Assembly (NCBI GenBank): GCA_965243025.1
Contig: CBDETY010000003.1
Coordinates: 2,304,001-2,368,000 of the forward strand
DNA: 64,000 nt
Reading direction: 5' to 3'
Origin: Candidatus Latescibacterota bacterium
GTDB taxonomy: Bacteria > Latescibacterota > UBA2968 > UBA8231
A model generated the notes under the pieces. That model searched no databases. It saw only the letters and a list, made by a program, of their open reading frames with translations, and was not told the origin of the DNA. This document shows positions 1 through 8,986 of the stretch, in pieces; positions within the stretch are counted from its first letter, which is position 1, and the number at the start of each line of letters is the position of its first letter. The translations under genes and the position numbers were made by a program.

Positions 1-14
1 GGCCGCAACCACCG

Positions 15-1484
15 ATGCTGTTCATCGACGACTATCACATCCACTCGAGCCAGGGCCTCGAGAGGCGGTTCCACCGCCTCAACAAGCACCCCGGCAACCC
101 GGTGAAGGTATTCACCGACCCCTGGGGCTCGTCGGTCGTCAACCACGGCGGCTTCGAGCGCGATCCGGATACCGGCGAGTTCGTGCTCTGGTACTCGACC
201 GGGCCGGCCGATCCGGCCAGCGTGGTCGAGCGGCGCTTCGTCTGCCAGGGGAGGTCGAGCGACGGCCTGACCTGGGAAACGCCCCCCCTCGGGCTGTACG
301 AGTTCCGCGGCAGCCGCGACAACAACATCTGCATCACCGGCTACACCTACGCGGGGGTCTGCGACGAGCCGCACGAGTTCACCGGTCCGGCGATCCTGCG
401 CGACCCCCTCGACCCGGATCTGTCGGCGCGCTACAAGATGGCCCTGTGGCGCTACAACCGCGGCAGCAACCCCGCCACCGGCGAGCCGCTCTACGAGTCG
501 AAGGACACACCCTACCCGACGGGACTCTACACCGCCACCTCTCCCGACGGCATCCGCTGGCCGGCGCGCGAACGCCTCGTGCACACCCATGCCGACGGCT
601 TCGGCGACACCTGTACCTGGATGCTCGACACCCTGCGCCGGGGGTACCGCCTCTTCGGCAAGCGCCTCTACTGGGACGACCGCTTCGACAGCGGCAAGAT
701 CCGCCATGGCCGCCCGGGAATCTGGGTGCGGCTGCGCCATACCTGCTGGAGCCCGGACTTCGCCTCGTGGTCGCCGCACGTCCCGATCCTGCCGATCGAC
801 GGGGAGGACCGCCCCCATGACCAGATCTACATGAACAACGGCTTCGTGTACGACGACATGTACCTCGGGTTCGCCCAGATCCTGCACGCCCTCGACGACT
901 GGGCCCTCGACATCGACTTCGCCTGCTCCCGGGACGGGGAGGAATGGCAGCGGCCGGCAGCGGCCCGGCGCATCCTGCCGCGGGGCGAGGAAGACGAATG
1001 GGACAGCGGGCGCCTGGCGATGTTCCCGTCGCCCCCGGTGCGGGAGGGAGACGAGCTGTTCTTCTACTACACCGCCGGCTCCCAGTATCACAAGCCGGCC
1101 CCGAAGCGGGAGCTGCCCCCGGGGAGGGAGCGCCCCAACGGCCTCTGCCTGGCCACCCTGCGGGTCGACGGGTTCGCGGGGATGCGCGCCGCGGGTTCGG
1201 GAAAGCTGCGCGCGCGGCCGATGTTCATCCGGCACCGGGACCTGGCGGTCAACGTCGACGCCGCCGGGGGCGCCTGCCGGGTCCGCCTGCTCGACGAAGG
1301 CGGGGTGGAGCTTCCCGGCTTCGGCTTCGACGACATGGAAGCGGTCGCCGCCGACGCGGTGGAGCATCCCCTGCGGTGGCGGGGCGGCGACTCGGTGGCG
1401 GCCCTGCACGGACGCTGGATCACCCTCGAGATCGAGCTGCGGGGAGCGGAGCTGTTCGCCGTGCACAACCGGACGCGGACCTGA
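15..1484 (+). CDS. Five-bladed beta-propeller glycoside hydrolase-like protein (GH32/GH130-like), possibly 5'-truncated by window edge
   Basis: LFIDD start, repeated S-x-DG-x-x-W blades, C-terminal LATLRVDGF and beta-sandwich; frame is open upstream of position 15. Confidence 0.6.
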   Translation: MLFIDDYHIHSSQGLERRFHRLNKHPGNPVKVFTDPWGSSVVNHGGFERDPDTGEFVLWYSTGPADPASVVERRFVCQGRSSDGLTWETPPLGLYEFRGSRDNNICITGYTYAGVCDEPHEFTGPAILRDPLDPDLSARYKMALWRYNRGSNPATGEPLYESKDTPYPTGLYTATSPDGIRWPARERLVHTHADGFGDTCTWMLDTLRRGYRLFGKRLYWDDRFDSGKIRHGRPGIWVRLRHTCWSPDFASWSPHVPILPIDGEDRPHDQIYMNNGFVYDDMYLGFAQILHALDDWALDIDFACSRDGEEWQRPAAARRILPRGEEDEWDSGRLAMFPSPPVREGDELFFYYTAGSQYHKPAPKRELPPGRERPNGLCLATLRVDGFAGMRAAGSGKLRARPMFIRHRDLAVNVDAAGGACRVRLLDEGGVELPGFGFDDMEAVAADAVEHPLRWRGGDSVAALHGRWITLEIELRGAELFAVHNRTRT

Positions 1485-1560
1485 GGGGAATGCCCGGGGA
1501 AGTCGCCGGGAGCCGCGCGATTGCCGACTCGATGGCGAACCGCGAGACAAGGAGATCCAG

Positions 1561-2994
1561 ATGAACAGGGCTGATGCGGCTTCCTTCGACGAGTTCCTCG
1601 CCGGCGGGATCTTCTCCTCGCCGGAAACCCGGATCAACCTCGAGATCCTCTGCGACGACTTCGGCAGCTGTTTCGCCGGCACCCGCGGAGAAGAAGAGGC
1701 GGCCCGCTTCCTCGAGGGCAAGCTGCGCGAGTACGGTCTCGAAAACGTCCGCACCGAGCCGTTCGAGTACAACGGCTGGACGCGGGGAGCCGCCCGCCTG
1801 TCGATGACCTCGCCGCGGCAGCGCGACCTGGAATCCCTGTCGATGCCGATGGCGGCCCCGGGCCTGGTCCGCGGGCGCGTCATCGATCTCGGGTACGGCG
1901 CCCCGGAGGACTTCGAGGCCCGACGCGGCGAGCTCGCCGGCAACATCGCCCTCGTCGCCGGCACCAACCCCCCGGGAGCCGGCCGCTGGATCCACCGCAT
2001 CGAGAAGTACAACCGCTCGGTCCTCGCCGGCGCCGCCGGGTTCATCTGGACCGGGCACAGCGAAGGGGTGGGTCCCTTCACCGGGGCCGTCGGCTTCAAT
2101 CGCTGGGGCCTGATCCCCGCGGTCATGGTCTCCCTGGAGACCGGGCTGCTGCTGCGCCGGCTCATCGGCCGGCACCGGGCGGTCGAGGCGGAAATCGAGA
2201 GCGCCGACGTCCAGGAGCGCAAGACCTCCTGGAACATCATCGGCGACACCGGCGGCGGCGGAGCCGGCGACGACGGGGAGATGGTCGTCATCGGCAACCA
2301 CTACGACGGCCACGACATCTCCCAGGGGGCCGAGGATCCGAAGTCGGGATTGGTGGCCGCCCTCGACATCGCCCGCGCGCTGCCGCAGTGCGCCGGCCGC
2401 CTCGACCGCCGGGTGCGCTTCGTCCTCTTCGGGGTCGAGGAGCTGGGCCTGATCGGGGCGCACGCGTACGTCGACACCCACCCCGCCGACATCGCCCGCA
2501 CCCGCTGCATGTTCAACCTCGATGCCGCGGGCGGACGCGGGACAAAGGGGCTGAGCCTGTACGGTCCCGACACCCTGTCTTTCTTCCAGCCCCTGGCCGC
2601 CGCCCTCGGGGAAGGGCTCCAAGTCGAGAGGGAAACCTCGCCGCTGGCCGAACCGCCGCATCTGTCCGCCGACCACTACCCCTTCGTCGCGCAGGGGATC
2701 CCCTGCGGCTTCATCCGCGACCCCGACCAGGGGGTCATCATCACCCGCTACTACCACACCCCCCACGACACGGTCGACAAGCTGCGGGTCGCCGACATCC
2801 GGCAGGCGGCCTTCCTGTGCGCCCGCCTCGCCTGGAGGGTCGCCAACGCCGGGGACTGGCCCCAAATCAGGCCGGATGCCGCCGGGGTGGCGCGGGCTCA
2901 GGCGGAGTACGACGCCAGCCAGGTCAGCAGGCAGTTGGAGGCGGAGATCGAGGAGCTGAGGAAACGCCGGCAGTCAGACCCCGCGGAGGACTGA
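1561..2994 (+). CDS. M28 family metallopeptidase with PA domain
   Basis: GNHYDGH, GAEDPKSG, EELGLIG, NLD, SADH and YYHT motifs; AGGAG RBS upstream. Confidence 0.85.
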   Translation: MNRADAASFDEFLAGGIFSSPETRINLEILCDDFGSCFAGTRGEEEAARFLEGKLREYGLENVRTEPFEYNGWTRGAARLSMTSPRQRDLESLSMPMAAPGLVRGRVIDLGYGAPEDFEARRGELAGNIALVAGTNPPGAGRWIHRIEKYNRSVLAGAAGFIWTGHSEGVGPFTGAVGFNRWGLIPAVMVSLETGLLLRRLIGRHRAVEAEIESADVQERKTSWNIIGDTGGGGAGDDGEMVVIGNHYDGHDISQGAEDPKSGLVAALDIARALPQCAGRLDRRVRFVLFGVEELGLIGAHAYVDTHPADIARTRCMFNLDAAGGRGTKGLSLYGPDTLSFFQPLAAALGEGLQVERETSPLAEPPHLSADHYPFVAQGIPCGFIRDPDQGVIITRYYHTPHDTVDKLRVADIRQAAFLCARLAWRVANAGDWPQIRPDAAGVARAQAEYDASQVSRQLEAEIEELRKRRQSDPAED

Positions 2995-3166
2995 GACGCT
3001 GCCGGTTCGGTGCGGCCTCCCTCGAATCTGCAAGGATCGAAGCGGAAGGTGGGAAGCACGTCTCCCCAATGCCGGCCTGCCGGACGCAGCAACGGCCGCG
3101 TCAGCCCTGGTGAATCAGCCGGGCGGGGACTGACCGGATCGCAATTCCGTGTACCCAGGGCAGCCT

Positions 3167-4438
3167 CTACCGCGCCTGCTCCCAGGCCGGCCCCGACTCC
3201 GTGGCCGCCCACCAGCGCTCGAAGGCTTCGGGATCCTCCGCCCCGTCCCAGTGGTCGGCGACTACCGGGGCGGCGTAGGAGGGGACGTTCGAGGGGGCGT
3301 CGAGCCCGTGCAGGCGCTCCAGGGAGCGCATGGAGTCGGTTCTGCCCGGCTGGTCGGGGTCGTGGCGGACGTAGACGGCCGTGCCGTCGGCGTAGCGCAC
3401 CCGCACCAGGAAACGCCCCCTGTCCATCGGCTGCTGCGAGGCGCACTTCTCCAGCCTTTCCCGGTCGAGAGTGACCCCGAGACCCGGCCCTTCCGGCACC
3501 TGCACGGTTCCGCCGACCACCGGCATCTCTTCGGCGGTGACGTCCTCCTTCCAAAGGTGGCAGATGTCGACGTGGTCGATGGTCGCCGCGGGAAAGACCG
3601 CGGCCTGGTGGGCGAGGAAGGCCTGGTTGATTACGCCGCCGGCGTTCTGCAGCATCAGCGGCGTGCGCGTCATCTCGGCCACCGCCGCGAGTTTGGCCGC
3701 GCTCCCGACCGGGGCGTGGCCGCTCATGAAGCCGTCGCAGATCCTCCTGACCATGAACTCGGCGGGCCCGTGGTGGGTGATGATCGGCAGCTTGCACTTC
3801 TCCTTGAGCAGTCGGTAGCCGTCCTCGTCCCCGGGATCCATCGGGTCCTCGATGCGGCCGGCCACCGGGAAGCGCTCCAGCTCGAGCAGGATCGGGCAGA
3901 TGGTGTAGAAGGAGAGGTTGGCGTTGAAGTCGTAGTGAACGCGGAACCCTTCCGGGGCGGCCTCCTGCATGGCCGCGGTCTGGTCGAGGATGTTCTGCAC
4001 CTGGTCGAGGTGGAACTTGATCCAGCGGTAGCCCGCGGCCGCGGCGCGGCGCACCTCCTCGGCCATGTCCGCCGGGGGCCGGGCAACCGTCCAGGCCGCC
4101 ACCGGCACCCAGGACCGCACCTTCGGCCCGATCAGCTTCCAGGCCGGCACCCCCAGCATCTTCCCCATCAGGTCGTAGGCGGCCATGCAGATCGGCAGGT
4201 CGACCTGTGAGTTGATCCAGTCGAACGGGTCGGTGCCGACGTAGCGCCGGCGCAGCGCCTCGACGTCGGCGCCCAGGCCCCACTGCTCCCCCAGGCCCTC
4301 CAGGCCGTCGTCGGTGCGGACGATGAAGACGACGCGTCCCTGGGTCTGGCGGCCGTGGGTGCGCGCGAGGTAGAGGCCGTTGAAGTCCTGGTATTCCGGG
4401 TAGATTTCGAAGGCTTCGATCTCGGTTATCCGGGCCAT
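3167..4438 (-). CDS. Mandelate racemase/muconate lactonizing enzyme (enolase superfamily) with C-terminal extension
   Basis: TDDGLEGLGE, MAAYDLMGK, GPGLGVTLD; start MARITEIE after GGAGGGGAG. Confidence 0.8.
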   Translation of the reverse strand: MARITEIEAFEIYPEYQDFNGLYLARTHGRQTQGRVVFIVRTDDGLEGLGEQWGLGADVEALRRRYVGTDPFDWINSQVDLPICMAAYDLMGKMLGVPAWKLIGPKVRSWVPVAAWTVARPPADMAEEVRRAAAAGYRWIKFHLDQVQNILDQTAAMQEAAPEGFRVHYDFNANLSFYTICPILLELERFPVAGRIEDPMDPGDEDGYRLLKEKCKLPIITHHGPAEFMVRRICDGFMSGHAPVGSAAKLAAVAEMTRTPLMLQNAGGVINQAFLAHQAAVFPAATIDHVDICHLWKEDVTAEEMPVVGGTVQVPEGPGLGVTLDRERLEKCASQQPMDRGRFLVRVRYADGTAVYVRHDPDQPGRTDSMRSLERLHGLDAPSNVPSYAAPVVADHWDGAEDPEAFERWWAATESGPAWEQAR

Positions 4439-4520
4439 GCTCCCCTCCTGTCGGTGGCGGGGTAACCTACGCCCCCCGGATTTCACCGTCTACGCGGTGC
4501 AGGCATGGGGCGATCCGTTC

Positions 4521-4549
4521 TTGACAGCTATCGGGGGCGCTACCAACTT
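4521..4549 (+). promoter_or_regulatory. Possible sigma70 promoter for the NHL gene
   Basis: Perfect TTGACA at 4521 in a divergent intergenic region; -10 (CAACTT at 17-bp spacing) is weak. Confidence 0.3.
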
Positions 4550-4643
4550 GCCGGGGTTGCCCGAAACTTCAGCGGCGCCGGGCTGAAAACCCGGCTGTTC
4601 CGCCGCCCATCTTTCGCAAAAGAAATCGAAAAGGAACACAGGT

Positions 4644-5504
4644 TTGAAAACGTTCGGATCCGGCGATCACACCTACAGGGCGGTCGAAGGCTGGGGCCGC
4701 GGACCCGAAGGCTGGGACTTCGGCATCGTCTCGTCGATGGCCACCGACTCCGAGGACAACGTCTACGTCATCGACCGCGAGCCGAACCCCGCCATCGTCG
4801 TCCTCGACCGGAACGGCAGGCTGCTGGCCACCTGGGGCCAGGATTTCTTCAAGGTCCCCCACTCGATATGGATCGGGGGGGGCCGCGTCTACATCACCGA
4901 CTGCACCCTGCACACCGCCACCATCCACACCCTTCAGGGGGAGCTGCTGCGGACCCTGGGCACCCCCGGCGAGCCCGGAGAGCCGGGCAAGCCGTTCAAC
5001 TCCCCCACCTGGATGGTGCCCGGCAACCACAACGACCTCTACGTCACCGACGGGTACCGGCAGAACTACGTGCACCGGTTCTCCAGCGCCGGCGAGCTTC
5101 TGTGCACCTGGGGCGGCGACGGCACCGGGCCGGGTCAGTTCGACACCCCGCACTGCGTCCGCGTCGACAGGAACGACCGCGTCCTCGTCCTCGACCGCAG
5201 CAACTCCCGCGTCCAGATATTCGACGCCGAAGGCGGTTTCCTGGAGGCCTGGACCCACCTGTTTCCGGGCAACGATCTCTTCATCGACGGCGACGACACC
5301 GTCTACCTCGCCGAATCGGAGAAGCGGATCAGCATCCTCGACCTCGGGGGTGCCATCATCTGCCAGTGGGGCGAGGAAGGGGAAGAGCCGGGGCAGATCG
5401 TCGACGCCCCGCACGGCATCTGGGTCGACTCGCGCGGCGACATCTACATGTGCGAGGTCCCCTGGACCCCGAACCGGCTGACCAAGTACGAACGCGTGAG
5501 ATAA
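4644..5504 (+). CDS. NHL-repeat protein (peptidyl-alpha-hydroxyglycine alpha-amidating lyase-like), copy 1
   Basis: GPGQFDTPH, DRSNSRVQIFD, PHGIWVDSRGDIY repeats; TTG start. Confidence 0.85.
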   Translation: MKTFGSGDHTYRAVEGWGRGPEGWDFGIVSSMATDSEDNVYVIDREPNPAIVVLDRNGRLLATWGQDFFKVPHSIWIGGGRVYITDCTLHTATIHTLQGELLRTLGTPGEPGEPGKPFNSPTWMVPGNHNDLYVTDGYRQNYVHRFSSAGELLCTWGGDGTGPGQFDTPHCVRVDRNDRVLVLDRSNSRVQIFDAEGGFLEAWTHLFPGNDLFIDGDDTVYLAESEKRISILDLGGAIICQWGEEGEEPGQIVDAPHGIWVDSRGDIYMCEVPWTPNRLTKYERVR

Positions 5505-5519
5505 GCGGAGGCCGTATCG

Positions 5520-7499
5520 ATGAAGCGCATGCAATGGCTGGCTGCCTGGACCGCGGTCGCCTGCACGGCCTCGGCGAGCGGGGCGCTGACCCTGTTCCGC
5601 GTGGGGGGCGAGGGTCTGCCGGAGCCGGAGCTGGAAGTTCCCTTCGAGTTCGTCCAGCTCTCCTGGGAAGAGCCGGACGCCAACCGCTTCGGCGACGAAA
5701 TCAGCCTCGACCGCCGGCCGGAGTTGATTACACCGGAGGTGAGCGACCCCGGGGTGAACCTGTCCCCCACCATGCTGCAGGGCAACCTGGTCTTCCTGGC
5801 GGGAGGAGACTGGGCGATTCCGGAACGGGTGCCCGGATGGATGGACGTGCGCTTTTCGGTGCGCATGGCCGACGAGGACAGCGAGTCCTACTACACCGAT
5901 CACAACAGCATGATCTACATGTTCGACCTGCAGCGGCAGATCCATCTCCGCCGCGTCCGTTTCTTCACCCGCCCTGACGACGGCAACCTCGTCACCTGCG
6001 GCTTCGGCATGGCCGAAACCCTCACGGTCTGCCGCTCCGGCGGCATCGACCCGGTGCCGCGGTTCCTGATCGCCGTCAGCGACGGCGACCCCGCCAAGGC
6101 AGGGACGCGTCCCTACACCCTGCAGTACAACAACAAGACCCACCCGTCGCGGCGCCACGACTTCGACGTCATCCACGAGGGTACCGGGGGCAAGCTCATC
6201 GACCTCGACTTCCCCTCGGTGCCGACGCGGCGCCTGCTCTTCCGCATCTTCGCCCAGGAAGGGGTGGACTGGGAGATCGCCGAGTTCGAGATCTACGGCA
6301 GCGGGTTCGTCCCCTTCTCCAGGTACACCTCCAACGTCATCGACCTCGGGGAGGTGCTCAGCATCGGCGACCTGACCTGGTCCGGAAGGCAGGGAGAAGA
6401 GGTCGGGACCCGCGTCGACATCACCATGCGCAGCGGCGACGACGACCAGCCCGAGGTCTACTGGCGCTACACCTTCCGCGGGGGCGAGCAGGTGCCGTTC
6501 TCCGAAACCGGGACGCCGCTGACCAAGGCCCAGTACCGGCGCCTCGAAATCCCCGAGCAGGGGGACATCCGCCACGACAAGGACAACTGGCTTACCTGGA
6601 ACACCCCTTACGATTTCACCGCGGGAAGCGGCACCGCCCACGCCGGCAGGCCGCGGCGTTTCGTGCAGTTCGACGTCGCCTTCCACTCGACACCGGAGTC
6701 GGGCAGCGAGGTCGACTACCTGCAGTTCGCCGCCTCTCCTCCCCTGGTCACGGGGGCCGCCGCCGAGATCAACCCCAACACCGCCGCGGCCGGGGAGCTC
6801 ACCACCTTCACCTGCCGCCTGCGCCCCCACCTCGAGCCGGGGGACAACGGCTTCGACCTGATCGCCATCGACACCCCGGCGCAGGTCTCCGGCGTCGACC
6901 CGGTCGCCCGCATCGGCGGAGCGGAGATCGACATCGAAGTGACGCGCATGGACGGGGAAGGCTTCGCGGTGAAAGTTCCCCGCGTCGACCCCGGGAGCAC
7001 AGGCGAGCTGATCGAGCTGACCTTCGAGGCGCGGGTGTTCGAGTACGGAACCCCCTTCATCCCGCGGCTCTCCGACAGCGAGCTCCCCTTCGAGGTGCCC
7101 CAGCCGGTGGTCGAGGGGGAGGCCGACGAAAACAGCGACGGCAAACGCCTGCGGGTCGCCCTGACCTCGATTCCCGAGGACCCGATTCGCAACCTTCGCC
7201 TCTCCTCCCCCGTGGTCACCCCCAACGGCGACGGCGCCAACGACCGCGTCGAGATCGAGTACCAACTGCTCAACCTGACCGGTGAAGTCCCCGCGGCCAT
7301 CGGGATCTACGAGCTGTCGGGGCGGAAGGTGGGTGAGATCGGCGTCGGCGCCGGCCCGGTCAGCGGGCTGTTCCGGGTCGAATGGGACGGCTCCGGGGAG
7401 AGGGGGCTAATGCCTCCCGGGCTCTACCTCCTGCAGGTGGAGGTCGACGCAGACACCGGGCGGAACCAGGCCGGCCGGCTGGTTTCGGTCGCCTACTGA
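5520..7499 (+). CDS. Secreted protein with discoidin-like region and C-terminal FlgD-Ig/TPNGDG domain
   Basis: Signal peptide (..TASASG), WEIAEFEIYGSG, VVTPNGDGAND...WDG...PPGLYLL tail. Confidence 0.65.
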   Translation: MKRMQWLAAWTAVACTASASGALTLFRVGGEGLPEPELEVPFEFVQLSWEEPDANRFGDEISLDRRPELITPEVSDPGVNLSPTMLQGNLVFLAGGDWAIPERVPGWMDVRFSVRMADEDSESYYTDHNSMIYMFDLQRQIHLRRVRFFTRPDDGNLVTCGFGMAETLTVCRSGGIDPVPRFLIAVSDGDPAKAGTRPYTLQYNNKTHPSRRHDFDVIHEGTGGKLIDLDFPSVPTRRLLFRIFAQEGVDWEIAEFEIYGSGFVPFSRYTSNVIDLGEVLSIGDLTWSGRQGEEVGTRVDITMRSGDDDQPEVYWRYTFRGGEQVPFSETGTPLTKAQYRRLEIPEQGDIRHDKDNWLTWNTPYDFTAGSGTAHAGRPRRFVQFDVAFHSTPESGSEVDYLQFAASPPLVTGAAAEINPNTAAAGELTTFTCRLRPHLEPGDNGFDLIAIDTPAQVSGVDPVARIGGAEIDIEVTRMDGEGFAVKVPRVDPGSTGELIELTFEARVFEYGTPFIPRLSDSELPFEVPQPVVEGEADENSDGKRLRVALTSIPEDPIRNLRLSSPVVTPNGDGANDRVEIEYQLLNLTGEVPAAIGIYELSGRKVGEIGVGAGPVSGLFRVEWDGSGERGLMPPGLYLLQVEVDADTGRNQAGRLVSVAY

Positions 7500-7682
7500 G
7501 CCGCGGGCTTCGCCGGCTGCGAACCGCCCCAGTCCGTGCAGGCGACGTTCACCTGCAATCCCGGGCAGGCGATATCGGTCGCTTTTCCGAAGCGCCCTCA
7601 GGCTGCGGCCGCTCCCCAAGCCGGGCAGGGCCCTCCCCTTTACCGGACAGTCAGGAACGGCCCCGGCCTTTGCCCTCGCTGG

Positions 7683-8801
7683 CTAAACACCGTCCTCGCC
7701 GTCGGTCAGCCAGTCGAGCGAGAAGCGGGCGAAGATCGTCCGCGGCCCCATCCACAACCAGTAGAGCAGTCCGATCTCGTTGTTGGCCAGCACGGTCAGG
7801 CAGGAGTAGGCCACCGGCCCCTCGTAGATCAGCCTGGCGACCGGCCACGTCTTCCCCTCGTCGTAGCTGAGCTTGACCGTCATCCTTTCGCGCGCCGTGC
7901 TCGCCGGGTTGGAGAACAGGATGCGGCTCCTGCCGCCGTCTTGTGCGAAGGAGTAGCGGATCGAGCAGCCCTGGCAGTGCGAGTCGACGAGCTCCTCGTT
8001 GCAGACCATCTCCGACCAGGTGTCGCCGCCGTCGCCGCTGTGCGCCATGCCGCGGCACTTGGGCCCGGTGTACTGCCGCATGTTGAGCTGCAGCGAGCCG
8101 TCCTCGAGCTCGACCACGTGGCACTCGTCGGTGTCGGGGGGCAGGCTGCCGCCGACCTTCCAGGTCTCCCCGCGGTCGTCGCTGTAGAAGACGTGCGAGT
8201 GCTGGGCGTGGTGGATGCCGCCGTGCTCGAAGTAGTCGAGGAAGGGCTCGACCCGCTCGCTGTGGTCGCAGGGGATGAGGATGCGGCCCTTGTGCGGCTC
8301 CCGCTGCTTCTGGATTCCCGCCCCGGGACCGCAGGCGTAGAACCCCCAGCCGGGGCGCCTCACCTGCTCGGTGATGTCGCGCGGCGGCGACCAGGTGGCC
8401 CCGTCGTCGTGGTAGTCGCTGTGGATGGCCTTGACCTGGTTGTCGTTTGCGAACACCCCGTCGCGGACCTTCTCCCGCTCCTGGTGGTTGTAGGTCAGCC
8501 AGATGGCCCCGGAGACCCGGTCGACGACGGCGCAGGGGTTGGTGATCTGCTTCCCCCGCGGGGACTCGGCCAGCAGCTGCAGGCCGCCCCAGGTGCGGCC
8601 GTTGTCGAAGCTGCGCTTGAGGACGATGTGGGAGGTGTAGCGCTCCTGCGGGGTCTTGCGGTTCTCCCGCCACGCCGACTCGCAGAAGGCGAGGAGCGTC
8701 CCCTTCCTGCTGGTGACGATGGAGGGGACTCCATACTCATCGAACCCTTCCTCCCCGTCGACGAAGACATCGGTCTCGAAAAGTCCATCTGTCGTGCTCA
8801 T
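7683..8801 (-). CDS. Sialidase-like (GH33/BNR) protein with non-canonical motifs
   Basis: Asp-boxes SFDNGRTW, SDDRGETW, SGDGGDTW, SYDEGKTW; AYS tyrosine; start MSTTDG after GAAAGGA. Confidence 0.8.
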   Translation of the reverse strand: MSTTDGLFETDVFVDGEEGFDEYGVPSIVTSRKGTLLAFCESAWRENRKTPQERYTSHIVLKRSFDNGRTWGGLQLLAESPRGKQITNPCAVVDRVSGAIWLTYNHQEREKVRDGVFANDNQVKAIHSDYHDDGATWSPPRDITEQVRRPGWGFYACGPGAGIQKQREPHKGRILIPCDHSERVEPFLDYFEHGGIHHAQHSHVFYSDDRGETWKVGGSLPPDTDECHVVELEDGSLQLNMRQYTGPKCRGMAHSGDGGDTWSEMVCNEELVDSHCQGCSIRYSFAQDGGRSRILFSNPASTARERMTVKLSYDEGKTWPVARLIYEGPVAYSCLTVLANNEIGLLYWLWMGPRTIFARFSLDWLTDGEDGV

Positions 8802-8986
8802 GGAATCGATCCTTTCAGTTGGTGCCGTGGCAGTCGTCCCAGGGTCGTGCGGAACATCGGGCAAAATACAACCTGATCGGGACGACTCCGACAGTCAGTG
8901 CCCCCGGCGACTCCGGGGCCCACCTCGCATCGTCAGCAGCCGGAAGGGGAAGGGTCGAAGGTTCGTTCCCCGCCGCTTTCATGCGC

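Noticed and set aside
4569-7265. Long antisense and alternate-frame ORFs (for example 4569-7265, 8979-11834, 9305-12064, 14367-17126, 21243-24203, 31718-34108)
   Set aside because: Shadow ORFs of high-GC genes; Arg/Pro/Gly-rich, no motifs, and they overlap well-supported CDSs.
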